DNA of 27,796 bases from Candidatus Fervidifonticultor secundus (lineage in GTDB: Bacteria; Sysuimicrobiota; Sysuimicrobiia; Sysuimicrobiales; Humicultoraceae). Shown piece by piece: positions 17,881 through 27,506 of this stretch. Each line of letters starts with the position of its first letter. Positions within the stretch are counted from its first letter, which is position 1. The translations under genes and the position numbers were made by a program. Under the pieces are notes generated by a model. It searched no databases. It had not been told where the DNA came from and worked only from the letters and a program-made list of their open reading frames with translations. The stretch spans positions 1 to 27,796 of the forward strand of contig JAVKIP010000028.1 of NCBI GenBank assembly GCA_031459385.1, given 5' to 3'.

Positions 17881-18820
17881 ACGTGATGCGGGGGTCGAGC
17901 CACCCGTAGACCAGATCCACGGCCAGGTTCGACACGGTGACGACCATCGCCACCACCACGGTCACGCCCATCACGATGGGGTAGTCGCGCCCGACCGCGG
18001 ACGCCACCGCCAGCTGCCCCATGCCCGGCCACCCAAAGATCGTCTCAGTGATCACCGCGCCGCCCACCAGCCGGGGGATCAGCAGGCCCAGCACCGTCAC
18101 CACGGGGATCAGGGCGTTGCGCAGGGCATGGCGGCCGAGCACGTGGGGCTCGGGCAGCCCTTTGGCCCGCGCGGTACGGACGTAGTCCTGGCCCAGCTCC
18201 TCCACCAGCGCGGAGCGCGTGAAGCGCGTGATGCTGGGCAGGATCACCGTAGCCAGGACCACCGTGGGCAGGACCAGGTGGCTCAGGCGATCAACCAGCG
18301 AGAACCCCGCGCCGGCCGTGGCGACCCCTGAGGCCGGGAGCCAGCGCAACCAGACGGAGAACACCAGGATCAGGATGATGGCCAGCCAGAACGCCGGAAT
18401 GGAGACGCCGATGAAGCTGAAGAATGTCACCGTGTGGTCGGTCAGCGAGTAGCGTCGGGTCGCCGAGATGATACCGGCGGGGATTCCGACCACCACAGAG
18501 ACGGCCAGCGCCGCCCCGCCCAGGAGCAGGGTGAGCGGCAGCCGCTCGCGGATGATCTCGGAGACCCGCCGACGGTCGTTGAACGACCGGCCGAGGTCGG
18601 CTCGCAGCGCTGCTCCGACCCACTTCAGGTACCGCACCACCAGCGGCTGGTCGAGCCCCAGCTGGCGGCGCAGCGCCTCCTGCTGCTCGGGAGTCGTCTC
18701 CATGGTCATCATGATGGCCGGGCCGCCCGGCGCCAGGCTCACCATACCGAAGGTGAGCGTCGACACCACCAGGAGGACGACCAGGGCCTGGGCCGCCCGC
18801 TGCAGGAGGTAGCGGGTCAT
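17873..18820 (-). CDS. Peptide/nickel-type ABC transporter permease (DppB/OppB-like)
   Basis: MTRYLLQR, LGLDQPL..RY..W, DLGRSF, DYVRTARAKGL, HALRNAL, ETIFGWPGMG, LDPRI. Confidence 0.93.
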   Translation of the reverse strand: MTRYLLQRAAQALVVLLVVSTLTFGMVSLAPGGPAIMMTMETTPEQQEALRRQLGLDQPLVVRYLKWVGAALRADLGRSFNDRRRVSEIIRERLPLTLLLGGAALAVSVVVGIPAGIISATRRYSLTDHTVTFFSFIGVSIPAFWLAIILILVFSVWLRWLPASGVATAGAGFSLVDRLSHLVLPTVVLATVILPSITRFTRSALVEELGQDYVRTARAKGLPEPHVLGRHALRNALIPVVTVLGLLIPRLVGGAVITETIFGWPGMGQLAVASAVGRDYPIVMGVTVVVAMVVTVSNLAVDLVYGWLDPRITYG

Positions 18821-18848
18821 GGAGAGTTCAGGGTCGGGAGACGAACAG

Positions 18849-18880
18849 CGGAGGGTGCCCGCCACGGCGGGCACCCTCCG
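18849..18880 (-). other. Strong stem-loop between the substrate-binding gene and the first permease
   Basis: CGGAGGGTGCCCGCC-AC-GGCGGGCACCCTCCG is a perfect 15-bp inverted repeat 6 nt after the SBP stop, with no U-tract. Confidence 0.7.
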
Positions 18881-18886
18881 GCCAAC

Positions 18887-20467
18887 TTACTCCAGCTTCC
18901 ACTCGTACGCCCACTCCAGGGCCGAGCGGAGATCGATGGCCGGCACACCTTTGAGCCGCTGGGACCAGGCGCGGATCTCGTTGGGCCACCACAGGTAGAG
19001 GTAGGGCAGGTCCTCCGCGACCACTTCCTGAAACTTCTTGTAGATGCGTTCGCGCTCGGCGACCGTGGCAGCCTTCCTGCCGGCTTCCAGCAGCGCGTCG
19101 ACCTCCTTGTTGCTGTACATGGGCAGGTTGAACCCACGGTCGGCGGTGCTGGAGTGCATGTACGGGAAGAAGTCGGGGTCGTAGGGCGTGATCCACCACC
19201 CCATGAGCGCGTCGTACTGCCGTGCCAGCATCTGGCGGATGAACACGTTGAACTCGCGGCCGTCCAGTTTGGCCTCGATGCCGACTGCCCGCAGGTACTG
19301 CTGCACCAGGGCCGAGAGAGGCTCGAAGTACTGCACCGTGGGGTACATGAGGGTGAAGCTGAATCGCTCGCCGCCCTTGGTCAGGATGCCGTCGGGCCCC
19401 GGCTGCCAGCCCGCTTCCGCCAGGAGCGCCCGGGCACGGGCGCGGTCGAACTCGTAGGTCTTCACGTTGGGGTTGAAGTAGTTCTTGAGGACCGGAGAGA
19501 TGGGCCCGCTGGCCGGCGTGGCAAAGCCTTCCAGGAAACCGCGGATCATGGCCGGCCGGTCCCAGGCGTGCATGATCGCCTGTCGGACGCGGCGATCCTG
19601 GAACAGCCGGTGGCGGTGGCTCGGCGCCATATAGTAGAAGTTGTTCTGCGGCAGCGTGTGCACCACGATGTCCGGGCGCCCCTGGACCGCCTTGACCAGC
19701 GCAGGGTTGTCGATGAAGACGATGGTCAGATCGCCGGCCAGGAGCTGCGCGATCTGGGCGTTGACGTCGGGGAGCACCTTGAAGGTAATGGTGTCGACCG
19801 ACGGCGTGCCCGCGAAGTAATTGGGGTTGCGCTCCAGCGTCACGTACGAGCCAGCCACATACTCCTTCATCTTGTACGCGCCGGTGCCGATGGGGTTGCG
19901 CTTGTTGAACGCATCGTGCGTCCACAGGTCGGTGACGCCGGCGAAGGCGTGCCGCGGGATGATCCCGACGTTGGTGCCCACCAGGGCCACCAGGCTGGCC
20001 AGGGGCGACGAGAGCACGAACTGCACTCTCAGGGGATCCAGGACCCGCACCTCCCGCACCACAGGGCGGAAGTTGGGGCCGAACTGAGCGCCGAGCTGCG
20101 GGTTGATGACTGTGTCGAAGGTGAACTTGACGTCGTCGGCGGTGAAGTCACGGCCGTCGTGCCACTTGACGCCCCGGCGCAGGTGGAACGTCCAGGTCAA
20201 TCCGTCGGGCGAGGTCTCCCAGCGCTCGGCCAGGTCGCCCACCCACTGGCCGTTCTTGCCCCACTTGGTGAGGCGGCTGAAGAGGACGCGGTTGACCATG
20301 ATGGACTCGACGAACGCCCGCGGGTGGAGTGGGTTGAACGTTGGGTCAGCCACGATGGGGAACGTCACGCCCCGTGCGGGCGCCGGCGCTCCTGTGGCGG
20401 GCGCGTGGAGCACTGCCAGGAGCGCCGTCCCCAGCAGGAGTGCCACCAGGCGCAGTCGCATCGTCAT
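18887..20467 (-). CDS. ABC transporter substrate-binding protein, family 5 (DppA/OppA-like)
   Basis: Signal peptide, LAERWETSPDGLTWTFHLRRGVKWHDG..FTADDVKFT, PIGTGAY, DRRVRQAI, ARALLAEAGW. Confidence 0.93.
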   Translation of the reverse strand: MTMRLRLVALLLGTALLAVLHAPATGAPAPARGVTFPIVADPTFNPLHPRAFVESIMVNRVLFSRLTKWGKNGQWVGDLAERWETSPDGLTWTFHLRRGVKWHDGRDFTADDVKFTFDTVINPQLGAQFGPNFRPVVREVRVLDPLRVQFVLSSPLASLVALVGTNVGIIPRHAFAGVTDLWTHDAFNKRNPIGTGAYKMKEYVAGSYVTLERNPNYFAGTPSVDTITFKVLPDVNAQIAQLLAGDLTIVFIDNPALVKAVQGRPDIVVHTLPQNNFYYMAPSHRHRLFQDRRVRQAIMHAWDRPAMIRGFLEGFATPASGPISPVLKNYFNPNVKTYEFDRARARALLAEAGWQPGPDGILTKGGERFSFTLMYPTVQYFEPLSALVQQYLRAVGIEAKLDGREFNVFIRQMLARQYDALMGWWITPYDPDFFPYMHSSTADRGFNLPMYSNKEVDALLEAGRKAATVAERERIYKKFQEVVAEDLPYLYLWWPNEIRAWSQRLKGVPAIDLRSALEWAYEWKLE

Positions 20468-20557
20468 CCCCCCTCTTGAGCGTGTAGCCGCTCCGCTGCA
20501 CGTCTGCAGAAGCCGTCCTGGCGGCGGCAGCCGGCAGACCGAGAACCAGCATGTTAG

Positions 20558-20586
20558 AACGTATCATGTCGGGTAGGGGCGGTCAA
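20558..20586 (-). promoter_or_regulatory. Sigma70-type promoter of the ABC/M28/MDR operon with an overlapping imperfect palindrome
   Basis: Minus strand TTGACC, 17 nt, TACGTT with an extended TGn. CATGTTA-N5-TATCATG (20550-20568) overlaps the -10. Confidence 0.6.
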
Positions 20587-20674
20587 CGCACCGGTGACCA
20601 GGATCTGCAACCTCCTGGCGAGAACGTGCCACCGAGACGTCGTGCGTGGTGGGGAGGGAAGGGCCTGGGGAGCC

Positions 20675-21655
20675 ATGGAACCTGTTCCGGTGACAGTCCT
20701 CACAGGGTTTCTCGGCAGCGGCAAGACCACGCTGCTGAACCACCTGCTGGCCCACGCCGGAGGGCGTCTTGGGCTCCTGGTCAACGACTTCGGGCAGATC
20801 GCCATCGATGCCCGCCTGGTGCAGTATCGCGATGGAGATGTCCTGGAGCTGGCCAACGGGTGCGTCTGCTGCACGGTGCGCGACGACGTGCTCCCCGCGC
20901 TGGCCCGGCTCCTCGGTCGTGTGCCTGGGCCGCAGGCGGTGGTGATCGAGACGTCCGGGCTCGCCGACCCTGCGGCGCTGACGGAGCGGCTGCTGACTCC
21001 GCAGGTCCAGGGTGCCGTGCGGCTGCATGCGGTGGTCACCGTGGTGGATGCGGCGAACTTCGACCGGGCGCTGGACTATGCCGACTCCGCCTATAGCCAG
21101 ATCGCGTGCGCTGACTTTCTGGTGCTCAACAAAGTCGACCTGGTGGCCCCGCCGGTCGCAGACCAGATCGCGCAGGGGCTGCGCGCGCTGAACCCAACCG
21201 CCCGGCTGGTGCGGTGCGTCCAGGCCAGGGTGGAGCCAGCGCTGGTACTGGACTGGGCAGGAGCGCCAGCCGCGCACCGAGCAGCGGAGGCGGCCGGCCC
21301 TGTACGGGTCGCGGGCATCCAGTCCCACGCCGAGGCTTCGCAGCACGCCGAGCGTTTTCGCGCCGTGGCAGTCCGGCTGGTGGGCCCGCTCGACCTCCAG
21401 AGGCTCGGACGCCTCCTGGACGCCCTGCCACCGACCGTGTTCCGGGCGAAGGGCGTGCTCCACCTCGCCGATGCGCCCTGCCGGGCCATCCTGCACCTGG
21501 TGGCGAGCCGCTGGACCGTTGTAGCCGGTGCGCCATGGGCCGAGGGCGAAGATCGCACCAGCGAGGTGGTCTTCATCGGGCTAGACCTGGGCGACGCCCA
21601 GTGCGCTCGCCTGCGCCGTGACCTTGAGGCCTGCCGGGTGGAGCCGAGACCGTGA
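20675..21655 (+). CDS. COG0523/CobW-family (G3E) GTPase metallochaperone
   Basis: [28 protein letters not shown] (CxCC), [15 protein letters not shown]-terminal FRAKG..EVVFIG. Confidence 0.93.
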   Translation: MEPVPVTVLTGFLGSGKTTLLNHLLAHAGGRLGLLVNDFGQIAIDARLVQYRDGDVLELANGCVCCTVRDDVLPALARLLGRVPGPQAVVIETSGLADPAALTERLLTPQVQGAVRLHAVVTVVDAANFDRALDYADSAYSQIACADFLVLNKVDLVAPPVADQIAQGLRALNPTARLVRCVQARVEPALVLDWAGAPAAHRAAEAAGPVRVAGIQSHAEASQHAERFRAVAVRLVGPLDLQRLGRLLDALPPTVFRAKGVLHLADAPCRAILHLVASRWTVVAGAPWAEGEDRTSEVVFIGLDLGDAQCARLRRDLEACRVEPRP

Positions 21656-22839
21656 GCGCCATCGACAGGTGCAAGGAGCAGGTGCGGGCCCGGGCAGACG
21701 ATGCGGAAGGACGGGAGGTCGTGGCGCTGAGTCGGCGCATCCACGCCCATCCGGAGGTCGCCTTCGCCGAACACCAGGCCGCCACATGGTGCCGCGAGCT
21801 GCTGGAGCGCCACGGGTTCGAGGTGGCCGGGGTGCCCGGGGTCGAGACAGCCTTTGTGGCGACCAGGCGGGGGGCCCAGTCCGGGCCGACCGTGGGGTTC
21901 CTGGCCGAGTACGATGCGTTGCCGGAAATCGGCCACGGTTGCGGGCACAATCTCGTCGCCGGTGCCGCGGTAGGGGCGGGTGTATTCCTGGCGGCAGAGA
22001 TGCCGGCGCTGCCAGGTACCGTCAGGGTGTTCGGCTGTCCCGCGGAGGAGCTGGGTGCCGGCAAACTCCGGATGTTGGACGCTGGCGCGTTCGCCGGCCT
22101 GGACGTCGCCCTGACGTTCCACCCGTGGCACGCCACGGCGCTGATGAGGGCGTGCACCGGTCTGCGGCTCTTCGACCTGATCTTCCGGGGGCGGGCGGCG
22201 CATGCTGCCGAAGAGCCCTGGCGGGGCGCCAGCGCGCTGGACGCCGTGCTGCTGACGTGGACAAACCTCAACGCCCTGCGGCAGTTCATCGGCGACGGCG
22301 CGCGGATCCACGGCATCGTCACCGACGGCGGCCAGGCGCCCAACGTCATCCCCGAGCGTGCGGCGTGTACCGTGGGCGTGCGCGCTGCAGACCTCCGTGC
22401 CCTGGAGCGGATCGCCCAGCGGCTCCTCCGGTGCGCGCAGGCCGCGGCCATGGCCGCCGACGTCGAGCTGGAGGTGCGGGAACTCCAGCGGCTGGCACCG
22501 GTGCGCCACAACGCCATGCTGGGTGCCATGGTGGCCGCCAACCTCCACGCCCTGGGCGAGTCGGTGGGCGAGTGGCGGGCCATGGCGTCCACCGACTTCG
22601 GCGATGTCAGCCAGGCAGTCCCGGCTGTGCTGTTCGCGGTGGGGGCGTGGCCCCCTGACGTGGCGTTCCACACGCGGGAGGCAGCAGCCTGCGCAGGCGG
22701 AGACCAGGCCATGCGCGCCATGCTGGTGGCGGCTCAGACCATGGCCCGGACTGCACTGGACCTGCTGACCGACGGCACGGTGGTGGCGGCCGTCCGCGCC
22801 GAGCACCGCAGCGAAGCCCGGCCCCACGCCGGGGCGTAA
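21652..22839 (+). CDS. M20 family metallo-amidohydrolase (Acy1L2/PM20D2/AbgB-like)
   Basis: [62 protein letters not shown] overlaps the cobW TGA. Confidence 0.9.
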   Translation: MSAIDRCKEQVRARADDAEGREVVALSRRIHAHPEVAFAEHQAATWCRELLERHGFEVAGVPGVETAFVATRRGAQSGPTVGFLAEYDALPEIGHGCGHNLVAGAAVGAGVFLAAEMPALPGTVRVFGCPAEELGAGKLRMLDAGAFAGLDVALTFHPWHATALMRACTGLRLFDLIFRGRAAHAAEEPWRGASALDAVLLTWTNLNALRQFIGDGARIHGIVTDGGQAPNVIPERAACTVGVRAADLRALERIAQRLLRCAQAAAMAADVELEVRELQRLAPVRHNAMLGAMVAANLHALGESVGEWRAMASTDFGDVSQAVPAVLFAVGAWPPDVAFHTREAAACAGGDQAMRAMLVAAQTMARTALDLLTDGTVVAAVRAEHRSEARPHAGA

Positions 22840-22850
22840 GGAGGGAGGTC

Positions 22851-24563
22851 GTGGGCATCGACGACGGTCGGCTGGTGGCCGACACAGTGTTGTTCAACGG
22901 GAAGATCGTTACGGTCGATGCGAAGTTCTCGCTGGCCGAGGCCCTGGCGGTCCTGGACGACAAGATCGTCGCCGTCGGTACCGACGCAGAGATCAAGCGC
23001 ATGGCCGGCGCCTCCACGCGACGCATCGACCTCAAAGGGGCGTGCGTGATCCCGGGCATGATCGACAACCACACGCACATGCTGCTGGCAGGACTCGATC
23101 AGCCCGAGGTGGGCGTGAAAGTCAACCTGGCGTGGGCGCAGAGCATCGATGAGATCAAGGAAGCCATCGCCCGGCGCGTGCAGCAGGCCAAGCCAGGGGA
23201 GTGGATCGTGACGTCGTGCATGTACCGCGGGGCCCTGCGCGACGGCCGGTTCCCCGACCGCCGTGACCTGGACCGCGTGGCACCCCAGAACCCGGTCTAC
23301 ATCTTCCAGTCGGGCAAGAACGTCATCCTTAACTCCCAGGCGTTGCGGCTGGCGGGGATCGACCGGACCACTTCCGATCCCGGGGGCGATCCCAACGAGC
23401 CCGAGGGGTACATCGTTCGGGACGACAGCGGTGAGCCCACGGGCCACCTCATCGCGGGCGCGGGAGACCTGGCACGGCGGCGCCTGTGGGAGCGCGCCGG
23501 GCTGCCGCTGAAGAAGTGGGACTTTCCCCACTACGACACCGAGACCTACGTGCGGGCTATCCGGGCGCAGTCCCGGCTGCTGAATCAGTGCGGGGTCACC
23601 GGCACCAGGGATATGGGGCTGATTCCCGAGGAGATCGACGCGTACCTGGAGGCGGAGCGGCGCGGAGAACTCACCGTGAGGACCGACCTGATCCTGGGCC
23701 TTCCGGCGCGGTACATGCGGATCGACGAGATCCGCGAGTCGCTCCGCCGGTACTTCGGCCCCAAGCAGGGACTGGGCGGGCCGTTCCTGCGCCTGGGCGG
23801 ATTGAAGCTGGTGGTGCAGAACGACGGATGGTGGGCGTACTCGCCGGAGAAGCTCCGGGTCATGCTCCTGGAGGCGAACCGGCTGGGATTCACCCTGGCG
23901 ATCCACGTCGGCACGGGATACTCCGAGGACTCCACCCAGCTGGTCCTCGACGTCCTGGAAGAGGCGGACCGCCAGCGCCCGCTGCGCGGACGGCGTTTCA
24001 CCTACGAGCACGGCTTCGGCCTCATCCGGCCCGACTACTACCGACGCGTCAAAGCCCTGGACCTCGTCGTCGCCGCCAACCCCACCCTGGCCTACTTCGC
24101 CGCGGCCCGATCGTTCCGCATGCACGAGGCGATGTCCCGGGTCCGGATCGCCAAGCACCCGCCCTCGGACCCGTGGGAGCGCACCGTGAAGGACTGGGGC
24201 CTGCCGCTGCGCAGCTGGCTACGCGAGGGCATCGTCGTGACTGGCGGTACCGACTGCCCTGCGGTGGCCTACGATCCCCAGCGCCCCTTGCTGGGGCTGT
24301 ACATGGCGACGACCCAACATACCCTGGCCGGGAGGCTGCTCCCCGGGGAAGAGATCAGCCGGGAAGATGCGCTCCGCCTGTGGACGATCAACGGCGCGTA
24401 CACCACGTTCGAAGAGGGGCGGAAAGGATCGCTCGAGCCGGGGAAGTGGGCTGACCTCGCGATCCTCAGCGACGACTACCTGGCAGTCCCCGATGACCGC
24501 CTGCCGACCATCACCGTCTCACTGACCATGGTGGGCGGCCGTATCGTGCACGAACGCGGCTGA
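22851..24563 (+). CDS. YtcJ-like metal-dependent amidohydrolase (Amidohydro_3)
   Basis: [81 protein letters not shown] before the GTG. Confidence 0.9.
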   Translation: MGIDDGRLVADTVLFNGKIVTVDAKFSLAEALAVLDDKIVAVGTDAEIKRMAGASTRRIDLKGACVIPGMIDNHTHMLLAGLDQPEVGVKVNLAWAQSIDEIKEAIARRVQQAKPGEWIVTSCMYRGALRDGRFPDRRDLDRVAPQNPVYIFQSGKNVILNSQALRLAGIDRTTSDPGGDPNEPEGYIVRDDSGEPTGHLIAGAGDLARRRLWERAGLPLKKWDFPHYDTETYVRAIRAQSRLLNQCGVTGTRDMGLIPEEIDAYLEAERRGELTVRTDLILGLPARYMRIDEIRESLRRYFGPKQGLGGPFLRLGGLKLVVQNDGWWAYSPEKLRVMLLEANRLGFTLAIHVGTGYSEDSTQLVLDVLEEADRQRPLRGRRFTYEHGFGLIRPDYYRRVKALDLVVAANPTLAYFAAARSFRMHEAMSRVRIAKHPPSDPWERTVKDWGLPLRSWLREGIVVTGGTDCPAVAYDPQRPLLGLYMATTQHTLAGRLLPGEEISREDALRLWTINGAYTTFEEGRKGSLEPGKWADLAILSDDYLAVPDDRLPTITVSLTMVGGRIVHERG

Positions 24564-25301
24564 ATTTGCCGGCAGCGGCGCGCGCAGCTTCGGCGGCACC
24601 GGGTAGGCCTTCTTGCTGTGCCGCAGTCCCGCGCCGACCAGCGCTTCCAGCAGCTTCACCGCTGCCACGACCGGGTTCACCACCGGCACCCCGATTGCGT
24701 CGGCGATGGCGGTGTGGGCTTGCAGGAACCCCATGCTCATGCACCCCAGCACCAGGACGTCGGCGCCGTCGTCCTGGACCGCGCGGCGACTCATGGCGAT
24801 CATGCGGTCGATGCTCGCGTCACGGTTCCGGGCCAGCTCCAGCACCGGGATGTCCACGGCACGCACCGAAGCCAGCTTGCCCACCAGCCCTACCCGCGCC
24901 GCCAGGTACCGCAGGGGCGCCACCACCGAGTCCAGCACTGTCACGATGGAGAAGCGGTGGCCCAGTGTAGCCGCCAGCAGCATGGAGGCCTCCGCCGGCC
25001 CCACCACCGGTAGCGCCACCAGCTCACGGGCCGCGTCCACGCCCGGGTCGCCGAAGCACCCGATGATGACGCCGTCGTAACCCGCCTGCTCCGCCTCCTG
25101 CACGCGGCGCAGCGTGCCGGGGACCGCCAGGTATTCCTCGTAGGCCGACTCGATGGACAGCGGCCCATCGGGGACGTCCACCGCGTCCACCGCCGTGCCC
25201 GGCGCAGCCAGCCGCCGCAGGATGGCGCGGCGCCGTTCGATCTCGGCGCGCCCGGCGTCGGAATGCGAGAGGTTGCCGGGCAGGATGTAGAGGAGTCGCA
25301 T
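24519..25301 (-). CDS. Asp/Glu/hydantoin racemase family protein (hydantoin/allantoin racemase-like)
   Basis: [40 protein letters not shown] (two catalytic Cys), GVPVVNP, SKKAYP. Confidence 0.9.
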   Translation of the reverse strand: MRLLYILPGNLSHSDAGRAEIERRRAILRRLAAPGTAVDAVDVPDGPLSIESAYEEYLAVPGTLRRVQEAEQAGYDGVIIGCFGDPGVDAARELVALPVVGPAEASMLLAATLGHRFSIVTVLDSVVAPLRYLAARVGLVGKLASVRAVDIPVLELARNRDASIDRMIAMSRRAVQDDGADVLVLGCMSMGFLQAHTAIADAIGVPVVNPVVAAVKLLEALVGAGLRHSKKAYPVPPKLRAPLPANSAAFVHDTAAHHGQ

Positions 25302-25389
25302 GGCACTGCGCCTCTACGAAAATTCGTCTTCCGGCGGCACTGGAATGCTGCGTTCCACGCTTGCGTGCGTCCGCGGAGAACGTATTCGC

Positions 25390-25418
25390 ATTGTAGGAAT
25401 GGGTCGCGGCGCTGTCAA
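25390..25418 (-). promoter_or_regulatory. Sigma70 promoter of the racemase gene
   Basis: Minus strand TTGACA (25418-25413), 17 nt, TACAAT (25395-25390); near-consensus. Confidence 0.8.
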
Positions 25419-25504
25419 CGTCAGGGCGCGTCGGGTCCGGGACTCGTCTGGTCCGCCCGCATGCAGGCGCCCCAGAAACGGTGTCGGACGTCTCGAAGCT
25501 GCAG

Positions 25505-27484
25505 TCAGGGCGCGCCGGTGCCCGCAGACGCCCGGGCCGGCATCCGCAGCACGCGCTGCACCAGCAACACCGCGGCCAGCAGCGCGAGCCCCCCCACGTC
25601 CGTGGAGAGCCCCGGCCTGATCAGCAGGAGCGAGGCCAGGAAGAGCACCGCGCGCTCGGGTAGCGTCGCCCGCCGCGTCAGGTAGCCGACCACGGCCCCG
25701 GCGAGACACAGGGTGCCGACCGTGCCCGTGGCCAGGGCCAGCAGGGTCTCGGGCCACGGCCGATGTCCGACCAGGATCGACGGCCCGTAGACGAACATGA
25801 AGGGCACCACGTACCCGGCGAGCCCGAAGCGCATCGACTCTACCGACGACTCCCACATGGGCGCCTTGGCGATGCTGGCGGCGGCGAACGAGGCGAACGC
25901 CACCGGCGGCGTGACCGCCGAGATGATCGAGAAGTAGAAGATGAACATGTGGGCCGCCAGCGGTACCGCGCCCATCTTGATGAGGGCCGGCGCCAGCACG
26001 CTGGCGGCGATGGCGTAGGCCGCCGTGGTGGGTAACCCGATGCCCAGGATCAGCGCCGCGAACATCGTGGCGACCAGCCCGGCCAGCAGGTTACCCCCGG
26101 CCAGGTCGATCAGCAGTTCCGAGAACTTCCCCCCGAGCCCGGTGAGCGCCAGGATGCCGACGATGATCCCCGCCGAGGCGCACGAGACGCCGATCTCGAT
26201 GGTGCGCTTGGCCCCCTCTTCCATGGCACTGACGATCCTGGGCAGCGTGAGCCGCGTGTCGGCGCGGAACACCGACGCCACGAACGCGGTGCCCAGCGCA
26301 TACAGAGCGGCCCGCGCGGGCGCCGCGCCGCGGCCCATGATCATGTAGAGCAGGACGATGATGGGTAGCAGCAGGTAGCCGTGCTGGACCATCACCTCGC
26401 GGAACCGGGGGAGCTCGGCGCGGGGCAGCCCGCGCAGCCCCTGGGAAGCGGCGTAGAACTCGATCATCCAGTAGGCGGCCACGTAGTAGAGCAGCGCCGG
26501 CCCGATGGCTGCCACGGCCACCTGGGCGTAGGGAATGCCCAGAATGTCGGCCATCAGGAAGGCCGCCGCGCCCATGATGGGCGGGACGATCTGGCCCCCG
26601 GTGCTGTTCATCGCCTCGATGCCGGCGGCGACGGGGCCGGTGAAGCCCGTGGCCTTCATCAGCGGGATGTTGATGACCCCGTCCACCATCACGTTGGCGG
26701 CCGACGAGCCGCTGGCCGTGCCGAACAGAGCGCTGGTGAGAATGGAGACCTTGGCCGGCCCCCCGCGCCGGCTGCCGGCGACGCTGAGCGCCGCCTGCAC
26801 GATGAACCGGCCGATGTTAGACGCCTCGATGAACGCCCCGAAAAGGATGAACAGGTAGACGTCGCGGGCCGAGACCTGGATCGGCACGCCGTAGATGCCG
26901 TTGTCGCTGAACAGGAACGAGACCACGGTGTTGAACGAAAAGCCCTTGTGGTTGAGCAGGCCGGGCAGGTAAGGACCCAGGAACGGGTAGGCGGCGAACA
27001 GGGCGCCCATGATCGGCAGCGACCAGCCCGTGGCCCGCCTGGCGGCTTCGGTGGTGACGATGATCAGGAGGGTGCCGACGACGACGTCCTCGCGGGTGGG
27101 GAAGACGCCGGCGCGCCCGGTGAGGTCCTCGAAGACGAGGAAGACGTAGGTCACGACCGCCAGCGCCGCCGCCACGAGTAACCAGTCGAGCACCGTGGGG
27201 GTCTGCTGGCCCCGGCGCCCCGGCACCAGCAGGAACGCCAGCACCACCACGAACGTCACGTGGACGGCGTAGAGCTTCTGCGGGTCGGTGACGATGCCGA
27301 AGAACCGGCCGAGCTGCACGATGTGGTAGATGGCCATCGCCACAGCGATGGCCCGCACCAGGGCGTGCAGCGTCGGCGAGAGGGACCGGGTCGGAAGCTC
27401 GGTGACCTCGCCGAGCCGGGACGTGTCGACCGGCAAGCCGGCCCCTCCGGCGCGCGCGGCCGGGTCCGCAGGCCCGGTGCTCAC
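25505..27484 (-). CDS. TRAP transporter fused 4TM/12TM permease (TAXI-type)
   Basis: EAARR..G..L, GIYGVP, FILFGAF, GGPAKV, GSSAANV, STGGQIVPPIMGAAAFLMA, GIGLPTTAAY, AHMFIFYF, VTPPVA. Confidence 0.93.
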   Translation of the reverse strand: MSTGPADPAARAGGAGLPVDTSRLGEVTELPTRSLSPTLHALVRAIAVAMAIYHIVQLGRFFGIVTDPQKLYAVHVTFVVVLAFLLVPGRRGQQTPTVLDWLLVAAALAVVTYVFLVFEDLTGRAGVFPTREDVVVGTLLIIVTTEAARRATGWSLPIMGALFAAYPFLGPYLPGLLNHKGFSFNTVVSFLFSDNGIYGVPIQVSARDVYLFILFGAFIEASNIGRFIVQAALSVAGSRRGGPAKVSILTSALFGTASGSSAANVMVDGVINIPLMKATGFTGPVAAGIEAMNSTGGQIVPPIMGAAAFLMADILGIPYAQVAVAAIGPALLYYVAAYWMIEFYAASQGLRGLPRAELPRFREVMVQHGYLLLPIIVLLYMIMGRGAAPARAALYALGTAFVASVFRADTRLTLPRIVSAMEEGAKRTIEIGVSCASAGIIVGILALTGLGGKFSELLIDLAGGNLLAGLVATMFAALILGIGLPTTAAYAIAASVLAPALIKMGAVPLAAHMFIFYFSIISAVTPPVAFASFAAASIAKAPMWESSVESMRFGLAGYVVPFMFVYGPSILVGHRPWPETLLALATGTVGTLCLAGAVVGYLTRRATLPERAVLFLASLLLIRPGLSTDVGGLALLAAVLLVQRVLRMPARASAGTGAP

Positions 27485-27506
27485 ACGCGGGTCCGCACGC
27501 CTGGCG

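Noticed and set aside
15228..20479. Long plus-strand ORFs (603, 406 and 681 aa)
   Set aside because: Antisense shadows of the M28 and ABC genes, which have clear family motifs on the minus strand.
21091..24158. Long minus-strand ORFs (578, 382 and 474 aa)
   Set aside because: Antisense shadows of the cobW-like, M20 and YtcJ-like genes.
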